Shown here in pieces: positions 18,910-28,297 of a stretch of 64,000 nt of DNA. The notes under the pieces were generated by a model, which ran no database searches, was not told the origin of the DNA, and saw nothing but the letters and a program-made list of their open reading frames with translations. The position numbers and the translations under genes were made by a program. Within the stretch, counting starts at the first letter, position 1; each line of letters opens with the position of its first letter. Source of the DNA: a virus (Duplodnaviria > Heunggongvirae > Uroviricota > Caudoviricetes); IMG/VR virus record IMGVR_UViG_2531839524_000004. One strand, written 5' to 3'.

Positions 18910-19659
18910 GTGAGCCACATGAGCCAAATCTTTTTCGATACCATCGACAACGACCAGTACGACTTCATGACAGAGTGGAATACCGCTGTTATGGACAAGT
19001 GGGTCGCTGAAAACATTGGTTTGTCGCGCTGTAAAGACGAGGCTGAACTCTTCGAGACGAAGTGGTTTGATTACCGCGACATGCATCCTCTCATGGCCAC
19101 CTGTCTTTTTACGGAGGCATACAAACGTCAGTACTCAAATATCATGCTGACGCACGGTCGCGAACACTTTGAAACAGCTCCGTTCACCACCGGGTTAAAA
19201 CGCCTGCCTTATCAGGAGTTGTCGACTGCCAATAAAACGTCGCTATGGAAAGCACGCCAGTTTGCGGATCGCTATTGCTGCTCATACGACTACTTTATCT
19301 CCACCGTTCTTTCCGCAGCTGCACGACGGCTGTGGGACAAGCTGCCGCGCCCACAGCATTTGTGGCAGCCAGAACTGATTGAGATATTTGAAGAGAAATT
19401 AGCCAGACGCGCAACAACCCGTCTGGATGACTCTCTGGTTAGCTTTAAGCATATGGGAGACATGCAGTTCAACCCGATTCAGGAAAGCTATTTTGAGTGG
19501 ATTCTGGAGCGTTTGCGCACCATCCCTCGCAGCAAGCGCATACGCGCAATTTTCTCCGCTATCTGGCTAATGGAAATCGTTCCAGAGCGCCTTATTTCCG
19601 CCCACTTTCCAGAAGAACTGGAAGAAGCACGGCGGTTTATTGATCCCCTATCTAATTAA
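18910..19659 (+). CDS. Hypothetical protein (upstream of the helicase; possible replication accessory)
   Basis: 249-aa ORF preceded by the palindromic motif near 18885; no motif recognised. Confidence 0.5.
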   Translation: MSHMSQIFFDTIDNDQYDFMTEWNTAVMDKWVAENIGLSRCKDEAELFETKWFDYRDMHPLMATCLFTEAYKRQYSNIMLTHGREHFETAPFTTGLKRLPYQELSTANKTSLWKARQFADRYCCSYDYFISTVLSAAARRLWDKLPRPQHLWQPELIEIFEEKLARRATTRLDDSLVSFKHMGDMQFNPIQESYFEWILERLRTIPRSKRIRAIFSAIWLMEIVPERLISAHFPEELEEARRFIDPLSN

Positions 19660-19702
19660 CTAATACTAGAAAACAATTTGTTTAAAAAACAAAGGAAAGC
19701 AC

Positions 19703-21043
19703 ATGACCGAACTTTGCCATACAGGACGCGGGCTGTCCGAAGAGTTTGATGAAGATTTCCAGAACAGACTGACGGCATATTTTTGTCGTGATCACGAGTT
19801 TCTTACTCGTGCGGGAGATCTGGTTGTGCCTAGCCAATTTGCCAATGCGGCCAATGCCATATTGGTTAATATGGTTTCGGGCTATTACCGTATGTACAAG
19901 AGCGCGCCCTCTTCATCTGCAATTCTGGATATGCTTAAGCGTGCGAAACGCGATAAGACTATCCGTGAGGAACTATTCGCCGATGTTGTTGCTGCGTTTA
20001 AGCGCATTCTTGCAGAAAAATTGTCCGATACCTCGTACATGGTTGACCAGGTATCAACCTTCGCAAAAAGTGTAGCGTTTGATGATGCTCTGATTAAGGC
20101 TGCTGAACTGAAAGAGAAAGGCGACTTTCACGGGGCGATGGCAATCATGGCCAAGGTTCAGCAGATTGGATCGAACGAAGCGACCGGAATCTATGACTAC
20201 TACACCTCCGCAAGTGAGCGATTGAAAGCGCGTGAATATGAGGCTTCAGAGGAGTATGTACCAAACAGTATTACAACTGGACTCCCTCTTCTCGATAGGT
20301 TGCTGTACCAAAAAGGCTGGGCAAAGCGCGAAATGGTGCTCTTCATGGGGTTCGCTAAATCCGGTAAATCGACCGCAATGGGTGAGTTTTCCATAAACGC
20401 AACACTTGCTGGCTACAATGTTCTGTATCTCTCGCTGGAGGTTCACACCACCATTTTATCCGACCGTTTTGATGCAAGATTGTCGGAGACGGAAATGTCC
20501 AAGTTGGTGGAACGGCGCGATGAAGTTCATCGCAAGTTGGCAGAGTTGGGAGCTACGAAGGGTATTGGTAGTTTGTGGGTTGTTGAGCGTCCGTCAGGAA
20601 GTATGTCACCGGCAGATCTGGACCGTATGCTTAACAGCATGAAAGCCAACGGCATGGTGCCTGACATGGTTGTTGTCGACTACGCAGATTTGATGCGTGC
20701 CAGTTATGACCTTCGTGATGATCGCGCCAACATTCGTAGTATCTACACCGATTTACGTGCTCTTTATGACAAGCATAACGTTGCTGGGATCACGGCATCG
20801 CAGACAAACCGTGAAGGTGGCGCGTCAGAAGTTGCCACAATGATGCACGCTGCCGACAACATCGAAAAAGTACGTATTGCTGACCTGGTAATAACGATCA
20901 ACAAAACCGAAGAAGAAGAAGCGAAAGGAGAGGCTCGTCTCTACTTTGCTGGTTCACGTAACCAGCAGGGAGGGATCAGCATTCGCGTTAAACAAAACCT
21001 CGAACAAATGCGCTTCATTGAGCGAATCTTAGACGTTACCTAA
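19703..21043 (+). CDS. DnaB-like replicative helicase
   Basis: Walker A 'GFAKSGKST', Walker B-like 'VVVDYADLM', and 'SQTNREG' motif. Confidence 0.8.
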   Translation: MTELCHTGRGLSEEFDEDFQNRLTAYFCRDHEFLTRAGDLVVPSQFANAANAILVNMVSGYYRMYKSAPSSSAILDMLKRAKRDKTIREELFADVVAAFKRILAEKLSDTSYMVDQVSTFAKSVAFDDALIKAAELKEKGDFHGAMAIMAKVQQIGSNEATGIYDYYTSASERLKAREYEASEEYVPNSITTGLPLLDRLLYQKGWAKREMVLFMGFAKSGKSTAMGEFSINATLAGYNVLYLSLEVHTTILSDRFDARLSETEMSKLVERRDEVHRKLAELGATKGIGSLWVVERPSGSMSPADLDRMLNSMKANGMVPDMVVVDYADLMRASYDLRDDRANIRSIYTDLRALYDKHNVAGITASQTNREGGASEVATMMHAADNIEKVRIADLVITINKTEEEEAKGEARLYFAGSRNQQGGISIRVKQNLEQMRFIERILDVT

Positions 21044-21052
21044 AAAATAAGC

Positions 21053-22306
21053 GTGGAGAACACCTCCACGCTTGATTCATTGGTGAAACAACTTTTCTTT
21101 TGCCAAACCACAAAAGAAAAACACATGAGCCTTTATGTTATATCAACATTTAGGTTGGTCACAATATTGCCTGTTAAAAGTGGAATTATCGTGAGCGAGC
21201 TGAAAGAGCTAATTACCGAATTAGATTTTGAACAATGGTTGGATACTGAAGGTATCGTTTATCGACGTGGAGGCGTGAGTACTCGCGGTCGTGAAGTGAA
21301 TATCAAGGAGTGTCCGGTATGTGGCAGCTCCAACTGGAAGGTATATTTCAATCTGACCAGTGGCGTCGGTAAATGCTTCGCTGGTGATCATCCCGAAGAG
21401 ATTCAGTTCAATAAGCTGGTCTTCCTCAAGCACTACAGCGGCAAATCACGACGACAGTTCGAGGAATATGTGCAGAACGCCCTTCTTTCCCAGGGGTGGG
21501 CACCAAAGAAAGAAGAGCTAGTGCTTGCAAGCACAGTCGAGTTAGAGGGGCCAGTTGCACTCCCTCGTCATTACGAGCTTCCTATAGATGGTCGTCTTCC
21601 AGACTATCTGGTTGAACGAAACATATCGCCTGAAATGGCAAAGTATTTTGACCTACGATACTGCGTCGAAGGCAAGCACGCCTATGTAGATCCGTATACA
21701 GATCAGGTTAAAGGACAGATATTCGATATGCGAATACTGATACCGGTTTACGATCTGGATGGGGTAATGAAGACATTTCAGGGACGAGACATTACCGGTA
21801 CAGCAGAACGTCGCTACCTCTTTCCTATGCAGCTTCCAGCTTCAGGTAAGTTTCTCTACAACGGCCATAATGCAGTCGGCAAACAGACGGTAGTTGTCTG
21901 TGAGGGGGCGTTCGATGTTATGGGGGTCAAACGAGCTATTTTTGACGAAGAAACATTACGTGATTACGTGGAACCAATAGGAACGTTCGGGATGCATCTA
22001 TCTGGCAACACCACTCAGGATGCAGAAGATCAGCTGGGCGCGTTCCTGACGCTCAAGGCGCGTGGATTACGTAATGTGATCATGATGTGGGATAGTGAAA
22101 AGCAAGCTATACGCAACACTATGGCCGCAGCTAGGCGACTCACAAGTATTGGCCTTAATGTCAAAGTTGCGTGTTTGGGCGAGGAAGGACTCGACCCCGG
22201 CGATGCGACACCGGGGCAGATTATCAAAGCCTACTATTGCGCAAAACCTTATTCACGACAGCTTGAACTCTTAAGCAAGGTGAAAGGCATTGCAGCACTA
22301 GTTTGA
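21053..22306 (+). CDS. DNA primase (zinc-binding plus TOPRIM)
   Basis: 'CPVCGSSNWKVYFNLTSGVGKCFAGDH' zinc-ribbon-like element and 'VVVCEGAFDVMG' TOPRIM acidic motif; true start may be downstream of 21053. Confidence 0.7.
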   Translation: MENTSTLDSLVKQLFFCQTTKEKHMSLYVISTFRLVTILPVKSGIIVSELKELITELDFEQWLDTEGIVYRRGGVSTRGREVNIKECPVCGSSNWKVYFNLTSGVGKCFAGDHPEEIQFNKLVFLKHYSGKSRRQFEEYVQNALLSQGWAPKKEELVLASTVELEGPVALPRHYELPIDGRLPDYLVERNISPEMAKYFDLRYCVEGKHAYVDPYTDQVKGQIFDMRILIPVYDLDGVMKTFQGRDITGTAERRYLFPMQLPASGKFLYNGHNAVGKQTVVVCEGAFDVMGVKRAIFDEETLRDYVEPIGTFGMHLSGNTTQDAEDQLGAFLTLKARGLRNVIMMWDSEKQAIRNTMAAARRLTSIGLNVKVACLGEEGLDPGDATPGQIIKAYYCAKPYSRQLELLSKVKGIAALV

Positions 22307-23335
22307 ACCAGTATTAGTCACGTAAACATTGACCGAAAATGATTTAACTTCTGTGTTGAAGTTGTCAGTCATTACCGCGAGGTAGGCATTCTTGGTATCT
22401 CTGAATTGCTTCAGGATGATTTGAACGTTATCGGTGCAAACAAACGAGGTAGCCAGATTGCCTCCTTTCTCTGAAAAATCCTTTAGGAAAGTGCAGTCAA
22501 TTTTGCCATCATTAGCGGTGAAGGTGGCATCATCACCCTGCCAGGTAAATGTTGCGTTAACGCCTTTATCAATGGATTTAGCAATAAGTCGCTGAGTGGA
22601 GGATTTTGCTTTAGATCTTGCTGCTGATGGTTGGTATTTACCGCTTTCTTTTAGTTCTGCAATGTAATCACAGCCATTTTTATCTTCTTTATCGCAAGCT
22701 GCCTGATAAAGCTCAGCTGCTTTTTTATAATCTTTTTTAACCCCTTCACCATACTCATACATAATGCCAAGATTCGCCAATGCAGATGCACTGCCTAGTT
22801 CGATTCCTTTTTTATAATACTCTATTGCCTTTTTGTAGCTTTTTGGCACGCCTGCGCCAACATAATATAACTGTCCTAGATATGACGCAGATTCAGGGTC
22901 GCCAGCCTCTACTGCAAGTTTGTGATATTTCAGGGAAAGTTTTTGGTCTTTCTTACCCGCAAGTCCTTTATGATAAATAACACCCAGATTGTGATAAGAG
23001 TTGCCTCCAGCTGCATCACCAGCTTTCTTAAAGAGTTCCTCTGCCTTTTTGAAATTTTTATCAACCCCATACCCAAGGGCATACATTATACCTAGAGCAT
23101 TAAACGCTTCTTTGTTCCCCTTAGAAGTCGCCAGTTCAAGCCATTTTCTGGCTTCATCGTAGTTTTTTTCGACACCATGAATACCTTTCATATAGTCGAT
23201 ACCTAAAGCACTCTGTGACTCAACGTCGCCTGCTTTTGCCGCATCGATCAGCTTTTGTATTTCATAGGCATGTGCACTCCCCGAAACAAGTAATAGCGAC
23301 AACATAAAGAAAGATATTGGTTTGAAATGTTTCAT
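22298..23335 (-). CDS. Secreted Sel1-repeat (SLR) protein
   Basis: Signal peptide 'MKHFKPISFFMLSLLLVSGSAHA'; multiple ~36-aa repeats of the form 'A...LG.MY..G.GV.KNY.KA..' typical of Sel1; opposite strand to the flanking replication genes. Confidence 0.75.
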   Translation of the reverse strand: MKHFKPISFFMLSLLLVSGSAHAYEIQKLIDAAKAGDVESQSALGIDYMKGIHGVEKNYDEARKWLELATSKGNKEAFNALGIMYALGYGVDKNFKKAEELFKKAGDAAGGNSYHNLGVIYHKGLAGKKDQKLSLKYHKLAVEAGDPESASYLGQLYYVGAGVPKSYKKAIEYYKKGIELGSASALANLGIMYEYGEGVKKDYKKAAELYQAACDKEDKNGCDYIAELKESGKYQPSAARSKAKSSTQRLIAKSIDKGVNATFTWQGDDATFTANDGKIDCTFLKDFSEKGGNLATSFVCTDNVQIILKQFRDTKNAYLAVMTDNFNTEVKSFSVNVYVTNTGSN

Positions 23336-23516
23336 TTTTGGATTTTCACAAGATGGTTAGGTGGTTGTGGCTACTCGGTGTAAGGCTTTGTAATCACCGA
23401 TTGGTAAGGTTACTTCAATTTAGCTTAACTGTCAGCATACCCAATCGCCGAAAAGATAAGTAGATGATTACTTATTAGTGTGTAAGAATACTGCCATCTG
23501 TTAGCTAGGAGTTGGT

Positions 23517-24299
23517 ATGAAAGAAGAAATTAAGAGATTAGCCTGCAACATCATTGATAAAACTGGTTTAGAAATCAGCGAGAGCAATCGGCTAGACATC
23601 ATTGAAAAAGCCGTCAATACGGCAATGGATCATATCGCCACTCGTTTGGTCGAGATCCCGCTACCGGGGCTACCTTATCTGAAGGTTAAGTTGCGCGTAT
23701 GGGGCGAACCTGCACATGCACGACGTTCTGCATTAGTTGTTTTTGTACGCAAAGAAAACTTACGAACTCTAAAAGTGCAGGTTGGGGCGTGGTTTGATGG
23801 CAGAGTCATCTATACAGATACCATTATCTGTCCTCCAGGTGACGAACATATTGAAGCCGTCATTCGAGAATCAATTCGAGCTATGCGCAGTTTAGCTTTG
23901 CTGGAAGACAAGCAAAACTTTGAAGATTACTTGCTGTCGGTAAAAGCTGAACCAACATTGTCTCTGAAAGCCGATTTCGTCACCCCGACAAATCTGTTGG
24001 AGGTTTTGATTAATAAAGGGGCTAATGATGCTGTAAACCTAATCAGGGAAAGCGAATATTCGACTCTTTGCGACATGTGCAAAAGCCAGTTGGATCTGGT
24101 GCATATCGTTATTGATGCTGGGAAGGCATGTGATGGCGTAATGGCTGAATTTGCTGGGAAGATGGTCAGGATTGCTAACGAATTACCGATGATAGAGCAA
24201 GAGGCCAAATCATACGCCACCAATCATGTCACAGAGCTTCTTGCCCCCTATCGCTTAGAAAGCGATCAGCGCAAGATGATTAGCTGGGGAAGTTGGTAA
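23517..24299 (+). CDS. Hypothetical protein
   Basis: 260-aa ORF; no motif recognised. Confidence 0.5.
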   Translation: MKEEIKRLACNIIDKTGLEISESNRLDIIEKAVNTAMDHIATRLVEIPLPGLPYLKVKLRVWGEPAHARRSALVVFVRKENLRTLKVQVGAWFDGRVIYTDTIICPPGDEHIEAVIRESIRAMRSLALLEDKQNFEDYLLSVKAEPTLSLKADFVTPTNLLEVLINKGANDAVNLIRESEYSTLCDMCKSQLDLVHIVIDAGKACDGVMAEFAGKMVRIANELPMIEQEAKSYATNHVTELLAPYRLESDQRKMISWGSW

Positions 24300-24366
24300 G
24301 CTCTCTGTGTGTCGTTTTTTACGCAAATAATGATAGGTAAGCACAAGATTATTTCTGGCGGTAATT

Positions 24367-24837
24367 GTGAAAGCTGATTTGTCAAAAATCCCTTCTATTT
24401 CAGGAAATAACGGTTATTCACTTCGTTGTGAGGAAGTAAAGATAAACGGTGAGTCGGCATATTGCAGCTATTCCGTTTGCCAGCACACCATTCTTGCCTT
24501 CAAAGAAAACCGTCTTCCTCGAACTTCTTTCCAGTCGTGCGCAACCGCTATCAAAGCAGGCAAATGCAAGGCGTTAAAAATGATGGTTGAAGAGATTCGT
24601 AAAGGAGAATCTCTGTATTTCGAAGATATGACCGCGCTCATTAAGGAGGTTGAAGAACGGAATAAACAAGCCAGAACTATAAAACGAAAACGTGACAGTG
24701 TAACGATTAATAGCATGGTTAAGAAGAGCACCACATCACAAACAGCGATCACTGACGTGTATGCGGCGTTGCTTGAAGAAACAACAAAAGAAACACATGA
24801 GCAAATCGATCAACATATGGAGGCAAAACAACAATGA
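24367..24837 (+). CDS. Hypothetical protein
   Basis: 156-aa ORF with several Cys near the N-terminus; stop overlaps the ligase start. Confidence 0.45.
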   Translation: MKADLSKIPSISGNNGYSLRCEEVKINGESAYCSYSVCQHTILAFKENRLPRTSFQSCATAIKAGKCKALKMMVEEIRKGESLYFEDMTALIKEVEERNKQARTIKRKRDSVTINSMVKKSTTSQTAITDVYAALLEETTKETHEQIDQHMEAKQQ

Positions 24838-26156
24838 AAAAGTTGATCGCACTTAAGCATAAGCTGGACGAAATGAAAGCTATGGGAACCAATGCAAAAA
24901 AAGAGGCATTGGCCAACATGGATGACTTCGAGCAAAGCATGGTTTCATTGATGCTCAACCCTTTCATCCGTTTTGGGGTAAAGAAATACAAAGTGGCAGA
25001 GCCGCTTAGTGAGTCCGTCCCAAGTGACGAAAAAGCCATTGATATACTGAATAAGCTGGCCTCTCGCGAGCTGACGGGGAACGCAGCAATAGCTGCTGTT
25101 GAGTCTATCGTGGCGTCAATGTGCGCCGATGGGCAGGACGTGTTCCGTCGTTTCCTCTTAAAAGATCCGAAAGCTGGCGTTGGGATTAGCCTATGTAACA
25201 AGGTTTTTGAAAATCCCATTCCGAAATTCGAGGTGCAGCTGGCGTCACCGTATAAAGAAAAAGGCGACAAATACCCCTTCAAGCCAAATCCTAAAGCCAA
25301 ATGGCCGATGATTGGCAGTCTTAAGCTCGATGGTTTGCGAGTAATTTGCGAGGTTATTGTTGACGAGGAAGAGGTTAACTTCCTTTCTCGTACTGGTAAT
25401 CCAATCACGTCTCTCGATCACCTAAAGCCAGCCATGCTCGAATTAGGCAAACTTTCAGGCCACAAACACATCTTCTTCGATGGTGAAGGAACTGCCGGTT
25501 CATTTAACCAGTCCGTATCTGCATTGCGCAAAAAGAACGTGCAGGCAATTGGCGCTATTTATCATGTTTTCGACTTCTTCCTACCGGAATGGCGAGCACA
25601 GGCTAAATCCAAAGAGTATGCAAAGACAGGTATGAAGCTGAAAGAGCGCCTGGCTATGCTGGTGGCGTTGTTCAAAAACGATCGCAGTGAAGGCTACACA
25701 CAAGACATTCACCTGCATCCGTTCTATATCATCCATAGCCACGAAGACTTCATCGAACGCTTCATGAAACGCCTGGACGATAACGAAGAAGGGGAGATGG
25801 GCAAAGATCCGAACTCTGTTTACGAGTTTAAACGTACCCGCAGCTGGTGGAAGTTAAAAGACGAAGATTCAGAAGATGGTGAAATTATCGACTTTGAGCC
25901 GGGCGACCCGGACTCTGGTTTTGCCAACACACTTGGAAAAATTGTTATTCGTCTTGAAAACGGCGTCATCGTTCGTGCGAGCGGTATTAAGCATAAATAT
26001 CTGGACGAGATCTGGAACAACAAAGAGAAGTACCGTGGTCGTATTGTTGAGGTTCATTGTCACGAGAAAACACCGGATGGCAGCTTACGCCACCCCCGAC
26101 TGAAATGGCCGCGTTGCTTACGCGATACAGAAGATCGAATCGGAGATAAAGAATGA
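24834..26156 (+). CDS. ATP-dependent DNA ligase
   Basis: Adenylation motif KxDG in 'MIGSLKLDGLRV'; 440 aa. Confidence 0.7.
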   Translation: MKKLIALKHKLDEMKAMGTNAKKEALANMDDFEQSMVSLMLNPFIRFGVKKYKVAEPLSESVPSDEKAIDILNKLASRELTGNAAIAAVESIVASMCADGQDVFRRFLLKDPKAGVGISLCNKVFENPIPKFEVQLASPYKEKGDKYPFKPNPKAKWPMIGSLKLDGLRVICEVIVDEEEVNFLSRTGNPITSLDHLKPAMLELGKLSGHKHIFFDGEGTAGSFNQSVSALRKKNVQAIGAIYHVFDFFLPEWRAQAKSKEYAKTGMKLKERLAMLVALFKNDRSEGYTQDIHLHPFYIIHSHEDFIERFMKRLDDNEEGEMGKDPNSVYEFKRTRSWWKLKDEDSEDGEIIDFEPGDPDSGFANTLGKIVIRLENGVIVRASGIKHKYLDEIWNNKEKYRGRIVEVHCHEKTPDGSLRHPRLKWPRCLRDTEDRIGDKE

Positions 26157-26332
26157 TGCTCGGCTGGATGATTGCATTTTTAGCAGTTGGGTTTTTCATA
26201 GGTATTGTGGTGATGTCCAGTTGCATCAATGACTACATTAAAAGCGGTGTTATAGAAAGACGCGGTCGTATTTATCGCATTGTAGAAATAACCAACACCC
26301 TGAAGGAGATTAAGGATGATCGTATTAAGTAA
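26153..26332 (+). CDS. Small membrane protein (59 aa; below the ORF-track length cut-off)
   Basis: ATGA overlap with the ligase stop; 'MMLGWMIAFLAVGFFIGIVVMSS' TM segment then 'RRGRIYRIVEITNT'; paralogous to the ORF at 26528. Confidence 0.4.
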   Translation: MMLGWMIAFLAVGFFIGIVVMSSCINDYIKSGVIERRGRIYRIVEITNTLKEIKDDRIK

Positions 26333-26531
26333 ACGGGAGAAGGAAACGCTTCATGAAATCAGTAAGTGGCCGGAGTTCCCTGAGTACTGGAAGCCTAAAA
26401 CGCGAGCTAAGTTAGAGCGTTTAGGGTTGGTTGCAAACGTTTCTGAAACGTGGTGTTCGGCCAACTACCAGTTAACTGATAAAGGGAAAGTATTGCTACA
26501 GCAATTAGTAGAATCAGGAGTGTTAAAATGA
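26316..26531 (+). CDS. Hypothetical small protein
   Basis: 71-aa ORF overlapping its neighbours in a tightly packed string of small genes. Confidence 0.4.
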   Translation: MIVLSKREKETLHEISKWPEFPEYWKPKTRAKLERLGLVANVSETWCSANYQLTDKGKVLLQQLVESGVLK

Positions 26532-26680
26532 TTCCATACATCTCATTAGCTTTTATGGGTGGCTTCCTTATCGGCTTCGGCATCTGTCGTGATTTAATTA
26601 AGCAGGAACTTAAAACCAAAACACTGTGCATCGGAAAGCGTGTGTATCGGGTAGTTCATGAAACAAAGGTGAAAAAATGA
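26528..26680 (+). CDS. Small membrane protein (50 aa), paralog of 26153-26332
   Basis: 'MIPYISLAFMGGFLIGFGIC' TM segment then 'GKRVYRVVHETKV', same architecture as the 59-aa protein; ATGA overlaps at both ends. Confidence 0.4.
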   Translation: MIPYISLAFMGGFLIGFGICRDLIKQELKTKTLCIGKRVYRVVHETKVKK

Positions 26681-26967
26681 GCAATTTAACTTCTTGGGAA
26701 TGGTGGTTGGCCACCTATTTCTTAGCGGCCGGAGTCGCATTCGCCTTTTACGTAGGTCAGTTAGTCGTAAAACTGTTGCTGATTAAATTTGCTAGTCATA
26801 AACGTATCGATGATGGTCTGTGGCGTCTTGGCACCCTGGTGGAAACTCGCTACGGGCAACTTAAGGAGAACGAAACCATTACTATCCAAGCGAAACGATT
26901 CACTGCCACCATTACAAGAACACCTAGTCGTAGAGTGGCCTTGATCAAAAAAGTCACAACCGAATAA
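26677..26967 (+). CDS. Small membrane protein
   Basis: 96 aa with N-terminal TM 'WWLATYFLAAGVAFAFYVGQLVV'. Confidence 0.45.
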   Translation: MSNLTSWEWWLATYFLAAGVAFAFYVGQLVVKLLLIKFASHKRIDDGLWRLGTLVETRYGQLKENETITIQAKRFTATITRTPSRRVALIKKVTTE

Positions 26968-27202
26968 AAACATATTGATAAGTATTTACTTACTTATCTT
27001 TTGTGTATAAGATGACTTTGTTTTCGTTGAGACGCGACTGTTTGAACTTAAATACAAGTGCAAACGAAGAAGTCTATCTGGCAGTAGCCTAATAAGCCAA
27101 ACACCAGCGAGGTCAGTTTCCAGCCTCGTTACCGAAATGGGACACACTGAGCGAGTGGGATTGCAGAACGCAGGAGGGAACATTCATGTTCCCTCCGATG
27201 AA

Positions 27203-27281
27203 GTAACAGAATGGGCGGTTGGTATATTTTCAACTCCATATGACTCCCGGATTCTTAGCCACTGACCGCCCATTCTGTTAC
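27203..27281 (+). ncRNA. Hairpin element A (17-bp perfect stem, 45-nt loop), member of a three-copy family
   Basis: 'GTAACAGAATGGGCGGT' pairs with 'ACCGCCCATTCTGTTAC'; loop contains 'TTTTCAACTC' and 'GACTCC' shared with element C. Confidence 0.45.
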
Positions 27282-27356
27282 GTCATTTTGTTCAATTATG
27301 TCGTTTATACTGGGTTAAAAAGCGGCGACGTAGCCCGGCTGGTATGGTTAGCCAGC

Positions 27357-27479
27357 ACACAACGTTGAGGCCATTACATTTTTATCAATTCTAAGGTTCT
27401 ATTCACAGAGATACCGGCGAGCGTTGATATGTAACATGTTGGGCAAACATTCAATCGGAGTAGTGGCCTCAACGTTGTG
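27357..27479 (+). ncRNA. Hairpin element B (16-bp perfect stem, ~90-nt loop)
   Basis: 'CACAACGTTGAGGCCA' pairs with 'TGGCCTCAACGTTGTG'; stem closely resembles element C; loop begins 'TTTTTATCAATTC'. Confidence 0.45.
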
Positions 27480-27745
27480 AAGACGGGATTGTTGTGTAGG
27501 TTTAACCACTGTTGCCATTGGTGCCTGTTTTCACAACAAATGATTCCATACATCACATTGTATAAATTACAAAGTAGGTGCTGTCCTCAGAAACATCATC
27601 TACTTAAAGATTTTGCCTTCTACTATTGAGCGAAGTCGAAAGCGTCTGGCACTAACGAAAAGTGCAAGTAGCGGTGCGTTTCCTGGCAGAAACTAAACCG
27701 TCGCGATTGGCACTGTTGAGTAATAAATACTGGCAGTGCTGAATT

Positions 27746-27820
27746 GATGGTGTAGCTCAGCGGTAGAGCAGTTGGCTGTTAACCAACTGGTCGGTGGTTC
27801 GAATCCACCCACCATCGCCA
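27746..27820 (+). tRNA. tRNA-Asn (anticodon GTT)
   Basis: Acceptor stem GATGGTG/CACCATC, anticodon loop CTGTTAA, T-loop GGTTCGAATCC, 3' CCA encoded. Confidence 0.8.
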
Positions 27821-27825
27821 ATTTA

Positions 27826-27912
27826 GGGGAGTTAGTCCGTAGAGGTAGCGGTGTAGACTGTAAATCTACTGTCATGGCGACTCGGGTGGTTCGACTCCAT
27901 CACTCCCCACCA
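27826..27912 (+). tRNA. tRNA-Tyr (anticodon GTA), long variable arm
   Basis: Acceptor GGGGAGT/ACTCCCC, anticodon loop CTGTAAA, T-loop GGTTCGACTCC, encoded CCA; 87 nt. Confidence 0.7.
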
Positions 27913-27916
27913 AATT

Positions 27917-27992
27917 GCCGGTTTAGCTCAGTTGGTAGAGCGCCTGCCTTGTAAGCAGGATGTCAGCGGTTCGAGTCCGTTAACCGGCACCA
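27917..27992 (+). tRNA. tRNA-Thr (anticodon TGT)
   Basis: Acceptor GCCGGTT/AACCGGC, D-arm TAGCTCAGTTGGTAGAGC, anticodon loop CTTGTAA, T-loop GGTTCGAGTCC, encoded CCA. Confidence 0.8.
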
Positions 27993-28209
27993 ACACAACA
28001 GGAAAGAGCATTGAAACCCGCCGAGACTGCCCTGTTTTAAGCGTAAGTCCGTGCAAACGTCATACAGTGCTCTTTTCGTTGTGGTTGATGCGCAGACTGA
28101 TGCGCGGAAAGAAATGCCCCAGCGACACACGAGGCGAGTTCACACACTGCAATGCAGTCAGTAGCCGGGGTCGCTAAGCCGGAGATCAGTACCGGTAACC
28201 ACAACAATT

Positions 28210-28296
28210 GGAGAGTAGGGAGCATGGTGCTCAAGCGGTCTTGAAAACCGTCCCATTGTGCAAACGATGATGGTTCGATTCCATTACTCTCCGCCA
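28210..28296 (+). tRNA. tRNA-Ser (anticodon TGA), long variable arm (tentative)
   Basis: Acceptor GGAGAGT/ACTCTCC, anticodon loop CTTGAAA, T-loop GGTTCGATTCC, encoded CCA; D-arm is unusual. Confidence 0.55.
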
Positions 28297-28297
28297 G

